A model generated the notes under the pieces. It worked only from the letters and a program-made list of their open reading frames with translations. It was not told where the DNA came from and did no database searches. Shown piece after piece: positions 26,785 through 37,535 of a DNA stretch of 64,000 nt. The first letter of the stretch is position 1; every line of letters starts with the position of its first letter. This DNA comes from Candidatus Poribacteria bacterium (lineage in GTDB: Bacteria; Poribacteria; WGA-4E; WGA-3G). The stretch is taken from NCBI GenBank assembly GCA_007571305.1, contig RKRR01000119.1, forward strand, positions 21,954-85,953, written 5' to 3'. The position numbers and the translations under genes are program-made.

Positions 26785-27651
26785 CTATTTGCCAAGGTCC
26801 ATTTCATAACGAAAGGTGACACCGGGCGGACTGAACATCTCATCCAAAGGAGGTATCTGCCGAACACCGACAAATTGTTCGAGCAGTGATGTCTTTTTCT
26901 CCTTCCGCACTACTTTGGGCTTGCCTTCAATACCTGCTAACGCTGCAGCGGTTTCGATCGCATCTGAGAGATTGCCGAGTTCGTCCAGCAGTTTTGAATC
27001 CAGGGCTTGCTTTCCAGAGTAAATCCGTCCATCAGCCCGTTCAACAATTTCGGCACGCGTTAAGAGATGTCCCCGCGCCTCGAAGATTGTATCCACAAAT
27101 TGGTTGTAGACATCGTCCACGGTGGATTGGAGAACCGCCCGCTCCTGTTCTGTCAACTCACGGAAGGGTGAACTTGTATCTTTAAAGTCGCCGCTTTTAA
27201 TGACCTGATGCCCTAAGCCGACTTTGTCATACAAGCCTTTGAGTTGTGTGAATTGCATAATAACGCCGATGCTACCCGTCAAGGTGCCGGGGTTCGCGAA
27301 GATCGTATCAGCAGCGCACGCGACATAGTAACCACCAGATGCCGCACTGCCTCCCATTGAGGCGACTATCGGTTTCTCTATCTTTTCCAATTCGCTGTAA
27401 ATCTCTTGGACCGGGGCGACACTACCACCAGGAGAATCTATTCTAATTACAATCGCTTTGATATTCGGATCATCCCGGTAGGTGTGAATCAGCTTAATCG
27501 TAGCATCTGAGCGAGAAATAACACCCATAATGTCTACCACTGCGACCTTCTGTCCGATTGATACGTTGCTGCCTATCGAACGTAAAATCAACAGCAAGAA
27601 GAACAACACGATGATAATTCCCAAGATAATGTAGACACGTCTCTTTTTCAT
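26785..27651 (-). CDS. sppA: signal peptide peptidase SppA, 36K type
   Basis: N-terminal TM anchor, IRIDSPGGSV, SAASGGYYVACAAD and GSIGV. Start set at MKKRRVYIILG. Confidence 0.9.
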   Translation of the reverse strand: MKKRRVYIILGIIIVLFFLLLILRSIGSNVSIGQKVAVVDIMGVISRSDATIKLIHTYRDDPNIKAIVIRIDSPGGSVAPVQEIYSELEKIEKPIVASMGGSAASGGYYVACAADTIFANPGTLTGSIGVIMQFTQLKGLYDKVGLGHQVIKSGDFKDTSSPFRELTEQERAVLQSTVDDVYNQFVDTIFEARGHLLTRAEIVERADGRIYSGKQALDSKLLDELGNLSDAIETAAALAGIEGKPKVVRKEKKTSLLEQFVGVRQIPPLDEMFSPPGVTFRYEMDLGK

Positions 27652-27816
27652 ATTTTTAGTTATTGGGTTTTTGTACCCATTGGTCTTACAACCCAATCCG
27701 GTTTTCGATGCGTTCTCGCGAAAATTCGCACAGATTCCTATTTGCATCGGAATCAACCCAAAATCGTCGCCGAACATAGTAGAACGATGGGCAGAAACCT
27801 CATCGTTGGAAATTCC

Positions 27817-28485
27817 TCACTTCGAGCGATGCGGCGCGAAGATGACTACCCAAAAGGTTTTTAGCAACCATCCTATATCAGTAACGATGCTCTGTGTCGC
27901 AACATAGTGGAGATCCAATGCAAGTTTCTTTGGCATTAATTCTGTGATGTAGTAATGCTCCGCGTCGAGATGTCCTTTCAGTTTCTCCTCTTCATCGCGG
28001 TTCGCGAGTTGCGATGGACCGGTCATCCCCGGTTTTACTTGTAAGACATGTTTTTGCGTTTGTGTGTAGTACTTGACGTAATCGGGTGCCTCCGGACGCG
28101 GTCCAATGAGACTCATTTCACCCTTAACTACGTTAATTAAGTTCGGGAGCTCATCCAACTTTGTCCATCTCAAAAACCTGCCGATAGATGTAATCCGTTC
28201 GTCCCTATAGGTTGTCAAGCTACCGCCGAGTGCATCCGCATTTACTACCATCGTCCTGAATTTGTACATTTCAAAGATGACTTCGCTTCTGCCGACCCGT
28301 TTCGCTTTGTAAAACGTGGGGCCTTTTGATTGTAATTTTGCGAGCAAGATTCCAAGCAAAAAAAGGGGAGACAAAAGCACGAGTCCAATCGTTGCGAATA
28401 GGAGATCGAACGCCCGTTTTGTCCAGTCGCGATTGAACTTTACAACATCTTGAGAGTCTGCCGCTAAACGCTTCGTATGATCCAT
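27817..28485 (-). CDS. undecaprenyl-phosphate sugar phosphotransferase (bacterial sugar transferase family)
   Basis: KRAFDLLFATIGLVLLSPLFL, YKFRTM and DELPNLINVVKGEMSLIGPRP. Confidence 0.9.
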   Translation of the reverse strand: MDHTKRLAADSQDVVKFNRDWTKRAFDLLFATIGLVLLSPLFLLGILLAKLQSKGPTFYKAKRVGRSEVIFEMYKFRTMVVNADALGGSLTTYRDERITSIGRFLRWTKLDELPNLINVVKGEMSLIGPRPEAPDYVKYYTQTQKHVLQVKPGMTGPSQLANRDEEEKLKGHLDAEHYYITELMPKKLALDLHYVATQSIVTDIGWLLKTFWVVIFAPHRSK

Positions 28486-28739
28486 ACAATTTTCCTAGTT
28501 CCGGATTCGACATTCGCTATAAACATACCCTCTTACAGGGCTGAATCGGTGCTGCGTGCTTTTGACGACACGTTTCAGGGCAGATTTTGTGCAATTCACA
28601 CGGGCAGGTTCGCTGAAACCCTTGCGCACTTCGCCAGACACCGAGGTTCCGCCCTTTACTGGGAGGGCGCGAAACATTGTCCTGCAAGCCGCTATAGGCC
28701 TGGCCAGGGAGTAATGCCCAGAATTTAAGAGTTAAAAAA

Positions 28740-30767
28740 CTAACGGCGATTCGCAATAGTCCCCTCTGTCTCCGTAGGAAACTGGATAATATCAGACGCG
28801 CTATCCATATCGCTTTCTGTTAGGAAGGAGCGATTCGGCTGATATGTTGGGACCAATTCTTGGAATTTTGAAACAATGCCTTCTGAATCCAGAGCGTCTG
28901 CGAACTGTGAAAGTTCCTCTATCTGGGAAAGGAGTTGACGTTCCTCTATCTGCTCCAACTGGGCAACGAAAATACGTTGGTGTTTTGTGGCTGTAACACC
29001 CTCTTGAGGAGTCAGGAGTTCCTCGTACAACTTCTCGCCTGGTTCCAACCCTGTAAATTCAATCTTGATGTCCCTATCAACTTCAAGTCCAGAGAGACGG
29101 ATAAGGTCCTGAGCGAGGTCAAGAATTTTAATCGGTTCTCCCATGTCTAACATCAGAATTTCGCCATCATTTCCCATAGTCCCCGCTTGGATGAGGAGCT
29201 GCACAGCTTCCGGAATCGTCATGAAGTAGCGTGTCGCTTCGCGATGTGTGACGGTGACGGGGCCACCTTTGGCGATCTGCCGCTTGAAATTAGGGAGTAC
29301 ACTCGCACGACTTCCGATAACGTTCCCGAAACGGACCGCGATAAACCGGGTGCTGTTCTGCTTTGCTTTGCACTGAACCAATTTCTCTGTTACACGTTTG
29401 GATGCCCCGTAGACGCTCGTTGGGTTCACCGCTTTATCTGATGAGACGAGTATGAAAGCCCCTACCTCATGTTTGATTGCGGCATTGATGAGGTTTTGCG
29501 TGCCAAGTATGTTGTTTTTCACAGCTTCATCGGGATGGTTCTCCATGAATTTAACATGCTTGTGGGCAGCAGCGTGGAAAATAATATCAGGACGATATTT
29601 GCGTGTAACTTGTGAAACTTTAGCATTATCTCGAATGTCGCCAATAACTAAAGCCCGATTGAGTTGGGGCTCGGACTCCCGGAGTTCTATATCTGTGTGG
29701 TAGAGACTGTTTTCACCGCGTCCGAAGAGGATAAGGAGTTCTGGATTCAGTTTCGCCACTTGGCGACAGAGTTCAGAACCGATTGACCCCCCCGCTCCGG
29801 TCACCATGACGCGTTTACCAGAGAGATATTTAGAGACCTCAGCGAGGTCCATTTGCGAGGTAGACCGATTCAAGAGATCTTCAAATCGGACTTCTCGGAT
29901 CTGACTGACACTGGCGCGCCCTTCAAGAATAGCATGAATGTTCGGGACGATCTTAAACTGACAGCCCCGGTACTCGCACTGTCGGATAATATCACGAATT
30001 TTACCGCCTGGTGCTGAAGGGATAGCGATGACAACTTCATCAATTTCGCGCTTGCGTGCAATATAGGTTAAGTCGCGCGTCGTCCCTAATACTTCAAGCC
30101 CTGCGACGCTTCTGCCCACTTTGTGCGGTGCATCGTCAATAAAGCCGACTGGCACATATCCTTTTTCAGGGTGGTTTCTCAGGGCACGGAGGACACCGAT
30201 ACCTGTTTCACCTGCACCAACGATAAGAACTTTTGTTGATAATCTTTGTATGGGCAACAACGGTTCAGAGTTCTGTACGATTGCCCCTACGTTCCTCTGA
30301 TGTTTTCTACGTCCTGACCGTTTATCTTGCTGGAGAATTTGCACAGAGAATTTGGTGAACCCGATGAGTGCGAAGTTATAAAATCCATCAATTAAGAAAA
30401 GAACCCAAGCAATTTTCAATATTATGGAAAGCCCGATGAGTCCCACAGTAGCAAATATAATCGCGGTTGCCAACGCTCGGAATTCCTGAGCAGCAGCATA
30501 TTGCCATATAGGTTTGTAAAGATTGAAAACTAACAGTAGCCCAATACGAACTATGGTGACGACAGCGGCGGTACCAAACCCAATGACATACTGTGGTTGG
30601 AGGGGAGACATGTCTGCACTCTGTAGTATAGCGAAAAGTGGTGCAGGTTGTTCTAAAAAATCAAAACCGAGCTGCCTACTGGTTAGGTAAGCGAATAGAA
30701 ACGCGAAATTAACGAGAAATATATCAACAACAATTGTAAAACTCCACTTTATTTTCGGTCTATCCAT
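28740..30767 (-). CDS. polysaccharide biosynthesis protein CapD/WbpM/PglF-like (membrane-anchored NDP-sugar 4,6-dehydratase)
   Basis: N-terminal TM helices, VLIVGAGETG, and an SDR domain with VMVTGAGGSIGSEL and YGASK. Confidence 0.9.
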   Translation of the reverse strand: MDRPKIKWSFTIVVDIFLVNFAFLFAYLTSRQLGFDFLEQPAPLFAILQSADMSPLQPQYVIGFGTAAVVTIVRIGLLLVFNLYKPIWQYAAAQEFRALATAIIFATVGLIGLSIILKIAWVLFLIDGFYNFALIGFTKFSVQILQQDKRSGRRKHQRNVGAIVQNSEPLLPIQRLSTKVLIVGAGETGIGVLRALRNHPEKGYVPVGFIDDAPHKVGRSVAGLEVLGTTRDLTYIARKREIDEVVIAIPSAPGGKIRDIIRQCEYRGCQFKIVPNIHAILEGRASVSQIREVRFEDLLNRSTSQMDLAEVSKYLSGKRVMVTGAGGSIGSELCRQVAKLNPELLILFGRGENSLYHTDIELRESEPQLNRALVIGDIRDNAKVSQVTRKYRPDIIFHAAAHKHVKFMENHPDEAVKNNILGTQNLINAAIKHEVGAFILVSSDKAVNPTSVYGASKRVTEKLVQCKAKQNSTRFIAVRFGNVIGSRASVLPNFKRQIAKGGPVTVTHREATRYFMTIPEAVQLLIQAGTMGNDGEILMLDMGEPIKILDLAQDLIRLSGLEVDRDIKIEFTGLEPGEKLYEELLTPQEGVTATKHQRIFVAQLEQIEERQLLSQIEELSQFADALDSEGIVSKFQELVPTYQPNRSFLTESDMDSASDIIQFPTETEGTIANRR

Positions 30768-30942
30768 ATTCCCTCCTCAAGGGCACTTAACGAGCGGGTT
30801 GCCGCTTTTTTAATAATTCGAGTTTCTGCTCCGATGGGTCTTACAGTCCAATCGGGGTTTCTATGCATCGACAGTAATGAAGGAGTCCAAAGGCATATCG
30901 TCTATAAGATATGAAAGTCGGTTTATAGTTGCATTAATGACT

Positions 30943-32193
30943 TTACGGAACAGATTGCGGATTTGTTTCAAATTTCGATATATGCCCTGCCTGTGCATAG
31001 ACGTGCTTTAGACGTTCTCCGATAGCCTCCCAACTATAATTAGTTTCGACACACGTTCTGGCGGTTTGCGCAAGGGTTCCTCTCGAACGCTCATCGTTGA
31101 GTAAATGAACGACCTGTTTTGCAAAGTCAGCAGGTGTATCGGCAACGAGTAACTCTTTCCCATTGTCTGCCTCCAATCCCATCGCGCCAACAGAGGTAGT
31201 GACAACAGGGACACCCATTGCCATTGCCTCCAGGTTTTTAGTTTGTATGCCCGACCCGGCACGTAAAGGGGCAACAAAAACAGATGCCTTTTCAAAATAG
31301 GGACGGACATCAGGGACGTAACCGGTGACAACCACACCTTCCTGTGTTTCGAGCTGCTTTACCTGATCCGATGGATGGTTGCCTACTATATAAAATTGCG
31401 CGCTCGGATGGCTTTCTCGGATACGGGGAAAAATCTCATGAGAAAAATAAATCGCGGCATCCGTATTCGGAAAATAGTTCATCGTTCCGGTAAAGAGCAG
31501 CAGTGGTACAGATTGTGCCGTTGGTTTTGGTTGAAAGTATTCGAGGTCAACCCCCATCGGAACTATTGACAAATTCAGACCAGGGTCCTGCTTCAAGAGA
31601 TAGTCGCGATCAAAACGTGCGACAACGGTGCCGCAGTCGAAAGCTTTCATAATGTCGACTTCGTAACGCCGGACCCGCTTCTCCTCCAATGTTACCAAAA
31701 AACGCTTTGGAGTGCAATCTAATTTAATTTTCGCGAGCCACGGATGACTTTCAAGTTCAGCGCGTCTCCTGAGATTGAGTGCCAACGAATCGCACAAATC
31801 TAAGACTTTGATGGGACCTTGGACTCCCGTTACATATTGTCCCATCCGAAATAGTTGCGCGTGGATCAACTCGAAGTCCATCTGTTCGAGGAGTTGGTTA
31901 ATCTTCCGTTGCATCCCGGGCGCGTACCAGTAATGCAGCTGAAGCGGCCGACGCGATAAGCAGTGGATCCCTGTATTCATGAAGGCAAAAGAACGACGGA
32001 AACGGACCCACTCGACGCGCTCACAAAAAGGCTCTAAATGTTTCGCGGATTCAATATCGCTTTCAGATTCAGCAAAGTAGACCAGGGTTACGGCATGTTG
32101 TTTCGAGAGCTGTTTAATGAAATTGTAAGACCGGATCCGATCGCCCCGGTGCGGTGGATACGGACACCGTAGGCTTAAAAATAAAATCTTCAT
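30943..32193 (-). CDS. GT4-family (GT-B) glycosyltransferase
   Basis: MKILFLSLRCPYPPHRGDRIRSYNF N-terminus, as in exopolysaccharide-associated sugar transferases. C-terminal E...G..LEAMAMGVPVV motif. Confidence 0.85.
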   Translation of the reverse strand: MKILFLSLRCPYPPHRGDRIRSYNFIKQLSKQHAVTLVYFAESESDIESAKHLEPFCERVEWVRFRRSFAFMNTGIHCLSRRPLQLHYWYAPGMQRKINQLLEQMDFELIHAQLFRMGQYVTGVQGPIKVLDLCDSLALNLRRRAELESHPWLAKIKLDCTPKRFLVTLEEKRVRRYEVDIMKAFDCGTVVARFDRDYLLKQDPGLNLSIVPMGVDLEYFQPKPTAQSVPLLLFTGTMNYFPNTDAAIYFSHEIFPRIRESHPSAQFYIVGNHPSDQVKQLETQEGVVVTGYVPDVRPYFEKASVFVAPLRAGSGIQTKNLEAMAMGVPVVTTSVGAMGLEADNGKELLVADTPADFAKQVVHLLNDERSRGTLAQTARTCVETNYSWEAIGERLKHVYAQAGHISKFETNPQSVP

Positions 32194-32207
32194 GGTGGCG
32201 ATCGCCG

Positions 32208-32402
32208 TTATTCACCCGGCATTTCTGCCTCATCGATGAGCATCACAGGAATGCCTTCACGGATCGGGTAGCGACGCTGACACTCGCCGACGCACACCAA
32301 CTTCTGGGCTGCTTCATCGTGCTGTATCTCACCTTTACATGCTGGACATGCGAGGATATCAAGTAGCGTTTTTGAAAGTGTATATGCGTTTTCCGAACTC
32401 AT
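32208..32402 (-). CDS. Trm112/UPF0434 family zinc-ribbon protein
   Basis: 64 aa. LLDILACPACKGEI...CVGECQRRYPIREGIPVMLIDEA is the Trm112/YcaR signature. Confidence 0.85.
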   Translation of the reverse strand: MSSENAYTLSKTLLDILACPACKGEIQHDEAAQKLVCVGECQRRYPIREGIPVMLIDEAEMPGE

Positions 32403-32535
32403 ATTTTAATTCTACCTTAAGGTTATACAACGTGCGTATTATCTTTCACGCGCATTTCTCAAATCCACATGTGCCGTTGTTGCAGGTTTGCGTTTTGGCC
32501 CAAGTGGTCAACGTGGCTGGGTCAAGTGTGAAGTC

Positions 32536-35328
32536 TTAACCACCGTGGCATCTCTTATATTTCTTGCCGCTTCCACAAGGACAGGGTGCGTTTCTACCGA
32601 CCTTCGGCATGTTTCCCATTGCCTGCCGTGAAGCGAATTCGGCATCATCACTACTTGCAGTTGCCCTGCTACCCTGGGGTGCCCTCGGCTGTGGTCTACG
32701 TTGTCTACCTGTCCGTCGACTGGGAACCCGGCGCGGTGCTTCTGTATTGACGCGAGATTTGAAGATGAATTCACTGACCTGTTCTTCAATCTGTTGATAC
32801 ATACTTTCAAAGACAGTGAGTGCTTCGTTTTTGAAAACAACGATTGGGTCTTTGCCGCCATATCCTGCGCCGAACCGAATACCTTCCTCAATATAGTCGA
32901 TGTTATGGAGGTGTTCTTTCCAGTGATCATCAATCCTATCCAAAAGGAGTAGACGTTCAAGAACGCGCATCATCTCTGGCCCCATTTCGGCTTCGCGTTC
33001 CTCATAAGCGGCACGCAGTGTTTCCAGTGCCTGTTCTTGAATCTCTTCTGGACTCGCTTGCGCCAAAGGCATCTTCCACGTTGGCTGGATTGGGAATGTG
33101 GTCGTCAACCACTGTTGGAACCTATCGGGGGTCTCAAGCGGACTTCCCACCTTTTCCCCCATATTGTCCTCTATTCCATCTCTGACGACCCTCTCAATCA
33201 TCCCCCAAATCGTGGTTTTGAGGGAGGTAGGAGTTTTAGCATTCTTTTCAGCGAGCGCGGCGAGTCCTCCATCTTCGGCTGTGCCTTCGTGTTCTGATAA
33301 TTCGGAGACATCTGTAGCGGAAGCCAAGACGGTGTCACGCAAAGTGTAGATGGTATCGCGCTGTGTATCCATAACATCATCGAATTTCAGGAGATTTTTT
33401 CGGATCTCGAAATACATCTGTTCAACACGTGTCTGAGCTTTCTCAATGGACTTCGTAACCCACGGATGCTCTAAGGGAACACCATCATCCATTCCGACAC
33501 GTGTCATCAACCCTTGTAAACGCTCAGATCCGAATTTTCGCATCAATTCGTCTTCAAGGGAAAGGTAGAATCGAGATGAGCCTGGATCTCCCTGTCTACC
33601 GGATCGTCCACGGAGCTGGTTATCAATACGTCGGGACTCGTGGCGTTCGGTGCCGATGATATGTAGACCGCCAGCGGCCAATACCTTTTCTTTCTGTTCG
33701 TCGCAAACGGCTTGTGCTTCTGCAAGTGCTGCTTGGTATTCTTCGGACTCTGGAGAGAGTGCCTCTGTCTTAGTTTTCTGTTTCCGTAGCGTTTCGATTG
33801 CCATACCTTCGGGGTTACCGCCAAGCAGAATGTCCACACCTCGCCCCGCCATATTCGTTGCGATAGTTACAGCACCAGGAACACCAGCCTGTGCGATGAT
33901 ATCGGCTTCGCGTGTGTGTTCCTTAGCGTTCAGAACCTGATGTCGGATTTTCCGATGTTTCGTCCTGAGCATCTTGCTCAATTTCTCGGAATTTTCAATC
34001 GAAACAGTGCCAACAAGGACTGGACGCCCCATTTCGGTCTGCTCGACGATATCTTGTAAGACAGCACTGTATTTTGCGTTCTCGGTACTGTAAATTTGGT
34101 CGGAATGGTCAATTCGGACCATAGGTTCGTTAGTGGGGATGACAGAGACCTCTAATCCGTAGATGTGGGCGAATTCGTTCGCTTCCGTTGCCGCGGTACC
34201 GGTCATACCTGCAAGTTTATCGTACATGCGGAAGTAATTTTGATAGGTAATCTTAGCACCCGTCTCGCTCTCCTCTACGACTTTAACGCGTTCCTTCGCT
34301 TCGATGGCTTGATGGAGTCCTTCGCTGAGCCGCCTCCCAATCTGCTTTCGTCCTGTGAATTCGTCAACGAGGAGGACTTCGCCATTTTCGACGAGATAAT
34401 CGACATCGCGTTTGTAGAGCTGATGCGCAGTGAGTGCTTGATTGACGTGATGCACCATAGCGATGTTCGTGTGTTCGTAAAGGTTGCCTACACCGAGGCG
34501 ACGTTCGACTTCTTCAACGCCTTCATCGGTAAGGGTTACACTGCCTCGCGATTTTCCCTCTTGATCGATTTGGAAGTGTTCGCTCTCCCGGAGTTGAGCC
34601 ACGACGCTGTTAATTTGCCGATAAAGTTCTGGCGGTTTACCGGAGGGTTCTGAGATGATGAGCGGGGTCCGGGATTCATCAATGAGGATGCTGTCAACTT
34701 CGTCAAGGATAGCATAGACGTGTCCGCGCTGTACTTTATCTTCAATCGAGAGTGCTTTGTTGTCCCAGAGATAATCGAATCCAAATTCGCTGTGAACACC
34801 GTAAGTGATGTCTGATTTATATCCCAGCCTTTTCTGCTCCTTCGGCATGAGGCTCAGCGTCAATCCAACGGAGAGTCCGAGGAAGTTGTATATCCTGCCC
34901 ATCCATTCAGCATCCCGGCGTGCCAGATAATCATTGACAGTCGCGAGATGCACACCTTTTCCAGTCAAGGCATTTAAATAAACAGCGAGGGTCGAGGTGA
35001 GTGTTTTGCCTTCACCTGTGCGCATCTCTGCAATAGTGCCTTGGTGGAGCGCGATACCTCCCATAATTTGAACATCATAATGTCGCTGTTTTAAGGTTCG
35101 CACCGCGGCTTCACGGACGACAGCAAAGGCATCTGGTAAGAGGTCATCAAGCGATACACCAGCATCCAACTGTCTGCGAAATTCTGGTGTTTTGGATTGC
35201 AGTTGTGCGTCGGTGAATTTTTTGACTTCAGGTTCGCGCTGGTTGACGGCCTCTACGATGTCTCGAAATTTTCTGACATCGCGATCCTCTTTGCTACCGA
35301 AGACTTTAGTTATCATTTTTTGGAACAT
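32536..35328 (-). CDS. secA: preprotein translocase ATPase SecA
   Basis: [22 protein letters not shown]-terminus, [29 protein letters not shown], and a C-terminal zinc tail [14 protein letters not shown]. Confidence 0.97.
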   Translation of the reverse strand: MFQKMITKVFGSKEDRDVRKFRDIVEAVNQREPEVKKFTDAQLQSKTPEFRRQLDAGVSLDDLLPDAFAVVREAAVRTLKQRHYDVQIMGGIALHQGTIAEMRTGEGKTLTSTLAVYLNALTGKGVHLATVNDYLARRDAEWMGRIYNFLGLSVGLTLSLMPKEQKRLGYKSDITYGVHSEFGFDYLWDNKALSIEDKVQRGHVYAILDEVDSILIDESRTPLIISEPSGKPPELYRQINSVVAQLRESEHFQIDQEGKSRGSVTLTDEGVEEVERRLGVGNLYEHTNIAMVHHVNQALTAHQLYKRDVDYLVENGEVLLVDEFTGRKQIGRRLSEGLHQAIEAKERVKVVEESETGAKITYQNYFRMYDKLAGMTGTAATEANEFAHIYGLEVSVIPTNEPMVRIDHSDQIYSTENAKYSAVLQDIVEQTEMGRPVLVGTVSIENSEKLSKMLRTKHRKIRHQVLNAKEHTREADIIAQAGVPGAVTIATNMAGRGVDILLGGNPEGMAIETLRKQKTKTEALSPESEEYQAALAEAQAVCDEQKEKVLAAGGLHIIGTERHESRRIDNQLRGRSGRQGDPGSSRFYLSLEDELMRKFGSERLQGLMTRVGMDDGVPLEHPWVTKSIEKAQTRVEQMYFEIRKNLLKFDDVMDTQRDTIYTLRDTVLASATDVSELSEHEGTAEDGGLAALAEKNAKTPTSLKTTIWGMIERVVRDGIEDNMGEKVGSPLETPDRFQQWLTTTFPIQPTWKMPLAQASPEEIQEQALETLRAAYEEREAEMGPEMMRVLERLLLLDRIDDHWKEHLHNIDYIEEGIRFGAGYGGKDPIVVFKNEALTVFESMYQQIEEQVSEFIFKSRVNTEAPRRVPSRRTGRQRRPQPRAPQGSRATASSDDAEFASRQAMGNMPKVGRNAPCPCGSGKKYKRCHGG

Positions 35329-35405
35329 CTTTTTACCTATCTGCTCTTTAGCACCTCTCACATTGTGGAAGGCGATGTATCTTTAAGTCATGATAGACGT
35401 GGTAT

Positions 35406-36533
35406 TCATCCTTCATTCGCTCCAGTTGATTGCGATTCAAAGGGGACTAACAAATTCTGTCCGTCGAACCTCTTTCGCACTATCGTATAAATTATCGTGT
35501 TTCCGGCAGAGGCGATTGAAAACAGGTATGCAATTACTAACCCCGCCCCCATGAGGAACGTGATTGTCAAAAAGAGAGCAGTCACTGGGGTCGTGACCGC
35601 CGCTATTCCTGTCAGTGTAGACGTATGATCGCTTGTACCGATGTTGAAGACTCCGAGACTATTAATATAGGGCAGTGCTGCTATCTTTTCAACAACACCA
35701 CCGAGCCATACGTTTGCGTAGCTCATACATTGCTGCATCACTTCGGTGTGAAAGAGGCGCGTCGGAAGCAGCACGATCGAAAAGCCCGCAAGGCAAAAGA
35801 AAGCCCAAATGGGCACGAAAATAAATTTGATAAGGAGCAACATCGCCTCATAACACACTAACAGCCAAGATTTGTTCCAAACCATTGCGAACTGCTGATA
35901 AATTATCTCAAAGGCATCAGCACCTGTCGTAGCGGCAACTGCTGGCACAAAGAGCAGGCTCACACTGAAAACCATTACGATCAATGCCATCAGAAGACCG
36001 AAAAAAAATCCGATAGGCATGAAAAGTGAGGCGAGCATGAGGAAAGGTTTGCCCACTGCCGGTAACTTCGCGATTCCTGCGATACTGAGAGGAACTATCG
36101 CGAGAAATACCTGGATGAGAAGTAAGCCGATGAACGCGCCAAAAACGGATTTCCAATGTCCTTTGAGGAAAGTTAAAGCATCCCCGACCGAAAAAAAGAA
36201 ATCCCCACGGAGTTGTTCGATGGTGATTTTGGAAGCCACGGTGCTTGCTAAGAAGAAGATGCACGCGAAACTCACTATCCCTATCCACATTGCGATTTCA
36301 GTTGTCTGTGTAAGTTCTGCATCACCGAACGGAGGTAGAGGTAAGAGTGCATACTTGTTCCAGAAGTCCTGCGCGGCACTACCTCCTACAAAGACGAGGC
36401 TGAGATACACCAAAGTTTCGTAAATTAGATATGCGAGAACGAGCCCGATGAGATGGACTGCGATCTTTCGCCCACTGAATCCGTAGCGGATAACTTGGAA
36501 AATATCCCTGAAATCGAAGTAACGTTTTTCCAT
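35406..36533 (-). CDS. polytopic integral membrane protein of unknown function
   Basis: 375 aa with about 8 hydrophobic segments and no motif I recognise. It ends 44 bp upstream of secA on the same strand. Confidence 0.6.
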   Translation of the reverse strand: MEKRYFDFRDIFQVIRYGFSGRKIAVHLIGLVLAYLIYETLVYLSLVFVGGSAAQDFWNKYALLPLPPFGDAELTQTTEIAMWIGIVSFACIFFLASTVASKITIEQLRGDFFFSVGDALTFLKGHWKSVFGAFIGLLLIQVFLAIVPLSIAGIAKLPAVGKPFLMLASLFMPIGFFFGLLMALIVMVFSVSLLFVPAVAATTGADAFEIIYQQFAMVWNKSWLLVCYEAMLLLIKFIFVPIWAFFCLAGFSIVLLPTRLFHTEVMQQCMSYANVWLGGVVEKIAALPYINSLGVFNIGTSDHTSTLTGIAAVTTPVTALFLTITFLMGAGLVIAYLFSIASAGNTIIYTIVRKRFDGQNLLVPFESQSTGANEG

Positions 36534-36701
36534 AAAAGGGTCTTCTGCTTTTTTGCGTGTTCTTATATTTAATGATACGACAATTGGGGTATTTTGTCAA
36601 GTAGTTATTCGTTGTCAGTCATCGGTTACCGGTTTCAGTACCACCCCTAATTTCCTTTATTAGGAGGCAGAAAGTATGCCATCAGGATATCCGTTCTACC
36701 G

Positions 36702-37418
36702 TTACCGGTCAGTGGGGACTACTTTGGCGGTGACGGGGAGGGTCAATGTTCGTTGATTTGAGAAGTGGACTGTGAGGAGTGATGAGAAGGTGCCTTTGTC
36801 TTTCAGAGGACCGAGTCGGACTGTGACAAGAGAGGTATCTGCACCCGGATTGGGTGTTATCTCCCACGTGAGTGTTTCCTGTCCCGACGGTAGAAGGCGA
36901 GTATTCGATGTGATGAGCGGGGCGTTCACAGTGAGTTTGAAGGTCTTATGATGTCTCGTTTCAGGGCGGATGTTCCCAAACTTGCAAACATTGGGAGTGA
37001 GCGTTGCAAATCGTTTTGCTGTAGCGACAATTGTCAGATGGACAATCGGAGTTTTGGGGCTGTCTGTGAAGAGGGTCGCGGTAGCTGAGGTCTCGTGATC
37101 GGGCAGCGTTTCTGGGTTGAGGACTATCTGGAACGTGCCATCTGTATCCGGTTGGATTATCTCCGGTCCTGTGATTTCGGCATAACTGCACCCTGTGTGA
37201 ACGTTTTGGATGTCGAGAGGGAATTTACCTATGTTTCGTGCTGTCACGTATCGTGTTACCGGTCCTTCCCATTCTGGGATCACTCCGAAGTGGACCTGTT
37301 GAGGCATCAGAACGAGTTCGGCTGCGGGGCCTTGTCGATTGTTGATGAGGAAGACGGCAAGCCCAGAAATCAGCAGTGCGGGGATGATGATGATTGTGAG
37401 GATTCTGCGTTTGGACAT
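36702..37418 (-). CDS. DUF1573 domain protein (membrane-anchored, two Ig-like/PapD-like modules)
   Basis: N-terminal TM anchor. FGVIPEWEGPVTRYVTARNIGKFPLDIQNVHTGCSYAEI matches the DUF1573 pattern (F.FG.v......f...N.G..pL.I..v...C.C). Confidence 0.7.
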   Translation of the reverse strand: MSKRRILTIIIIPALLISGLAVFLINNRQGPAAELVLMPQQVHFGVIPEWEGPVTRYVTARNIGKFPLDIQNVHTGCSYAEITGPEIIQPDTDGTFQIVLNPETLPDHETSATATLFTDSPKTPIVHLTIVATAKRFATLTPNVCKFGNIRPETRHHKTFKLTVNAPLITSNTRLLPSGQETLTWEITPNPGADTSLVTVRLGPLKDKGTFSSLLTVHFSNQRTLTLPVTAKVVPTDR

Positions 37419-37535
37419 AACTCGGTATTTTGTGAGTGAGGACTTCCCACTTGGAAGGTCACACACCTAAAAGCGATTCGTAGAACGACTGCTTCCCTCA
37501 TGAATCGCCTATGCCGTTCCTGAATTGGATGTTTT

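Noticed and set aside
28640-28660. GGCGGAACCTCGGTG on the minus strand, considered as an ops/JUMPStart antitermination element of polysaccharide operons
   Set aside because: The ops core is GGCGGTAGnnTG. The match here is only to GGCGG plus a distant TG, and no RfaH-type gene is visible.
28477-28756. Three mutually overlapping 60-83-aa ORFs in the CapD/sugar-transferase spacer
   Set aside because: They overlap one another on both strands, lack an RBS, and have Arg/Cys-rich composition. I treated the region as non-coding (see the finding on the spacer).
30795-30825. Hairpin AGCGG-gttg-CCGCT followed by TTTTTT on the plus strand, considered as an intrinsic terminator
   Set aside because: Both flanking genes are on the minus strand, where the T-run would precede rather than follow the stem. 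The stem is also only 5 bp.
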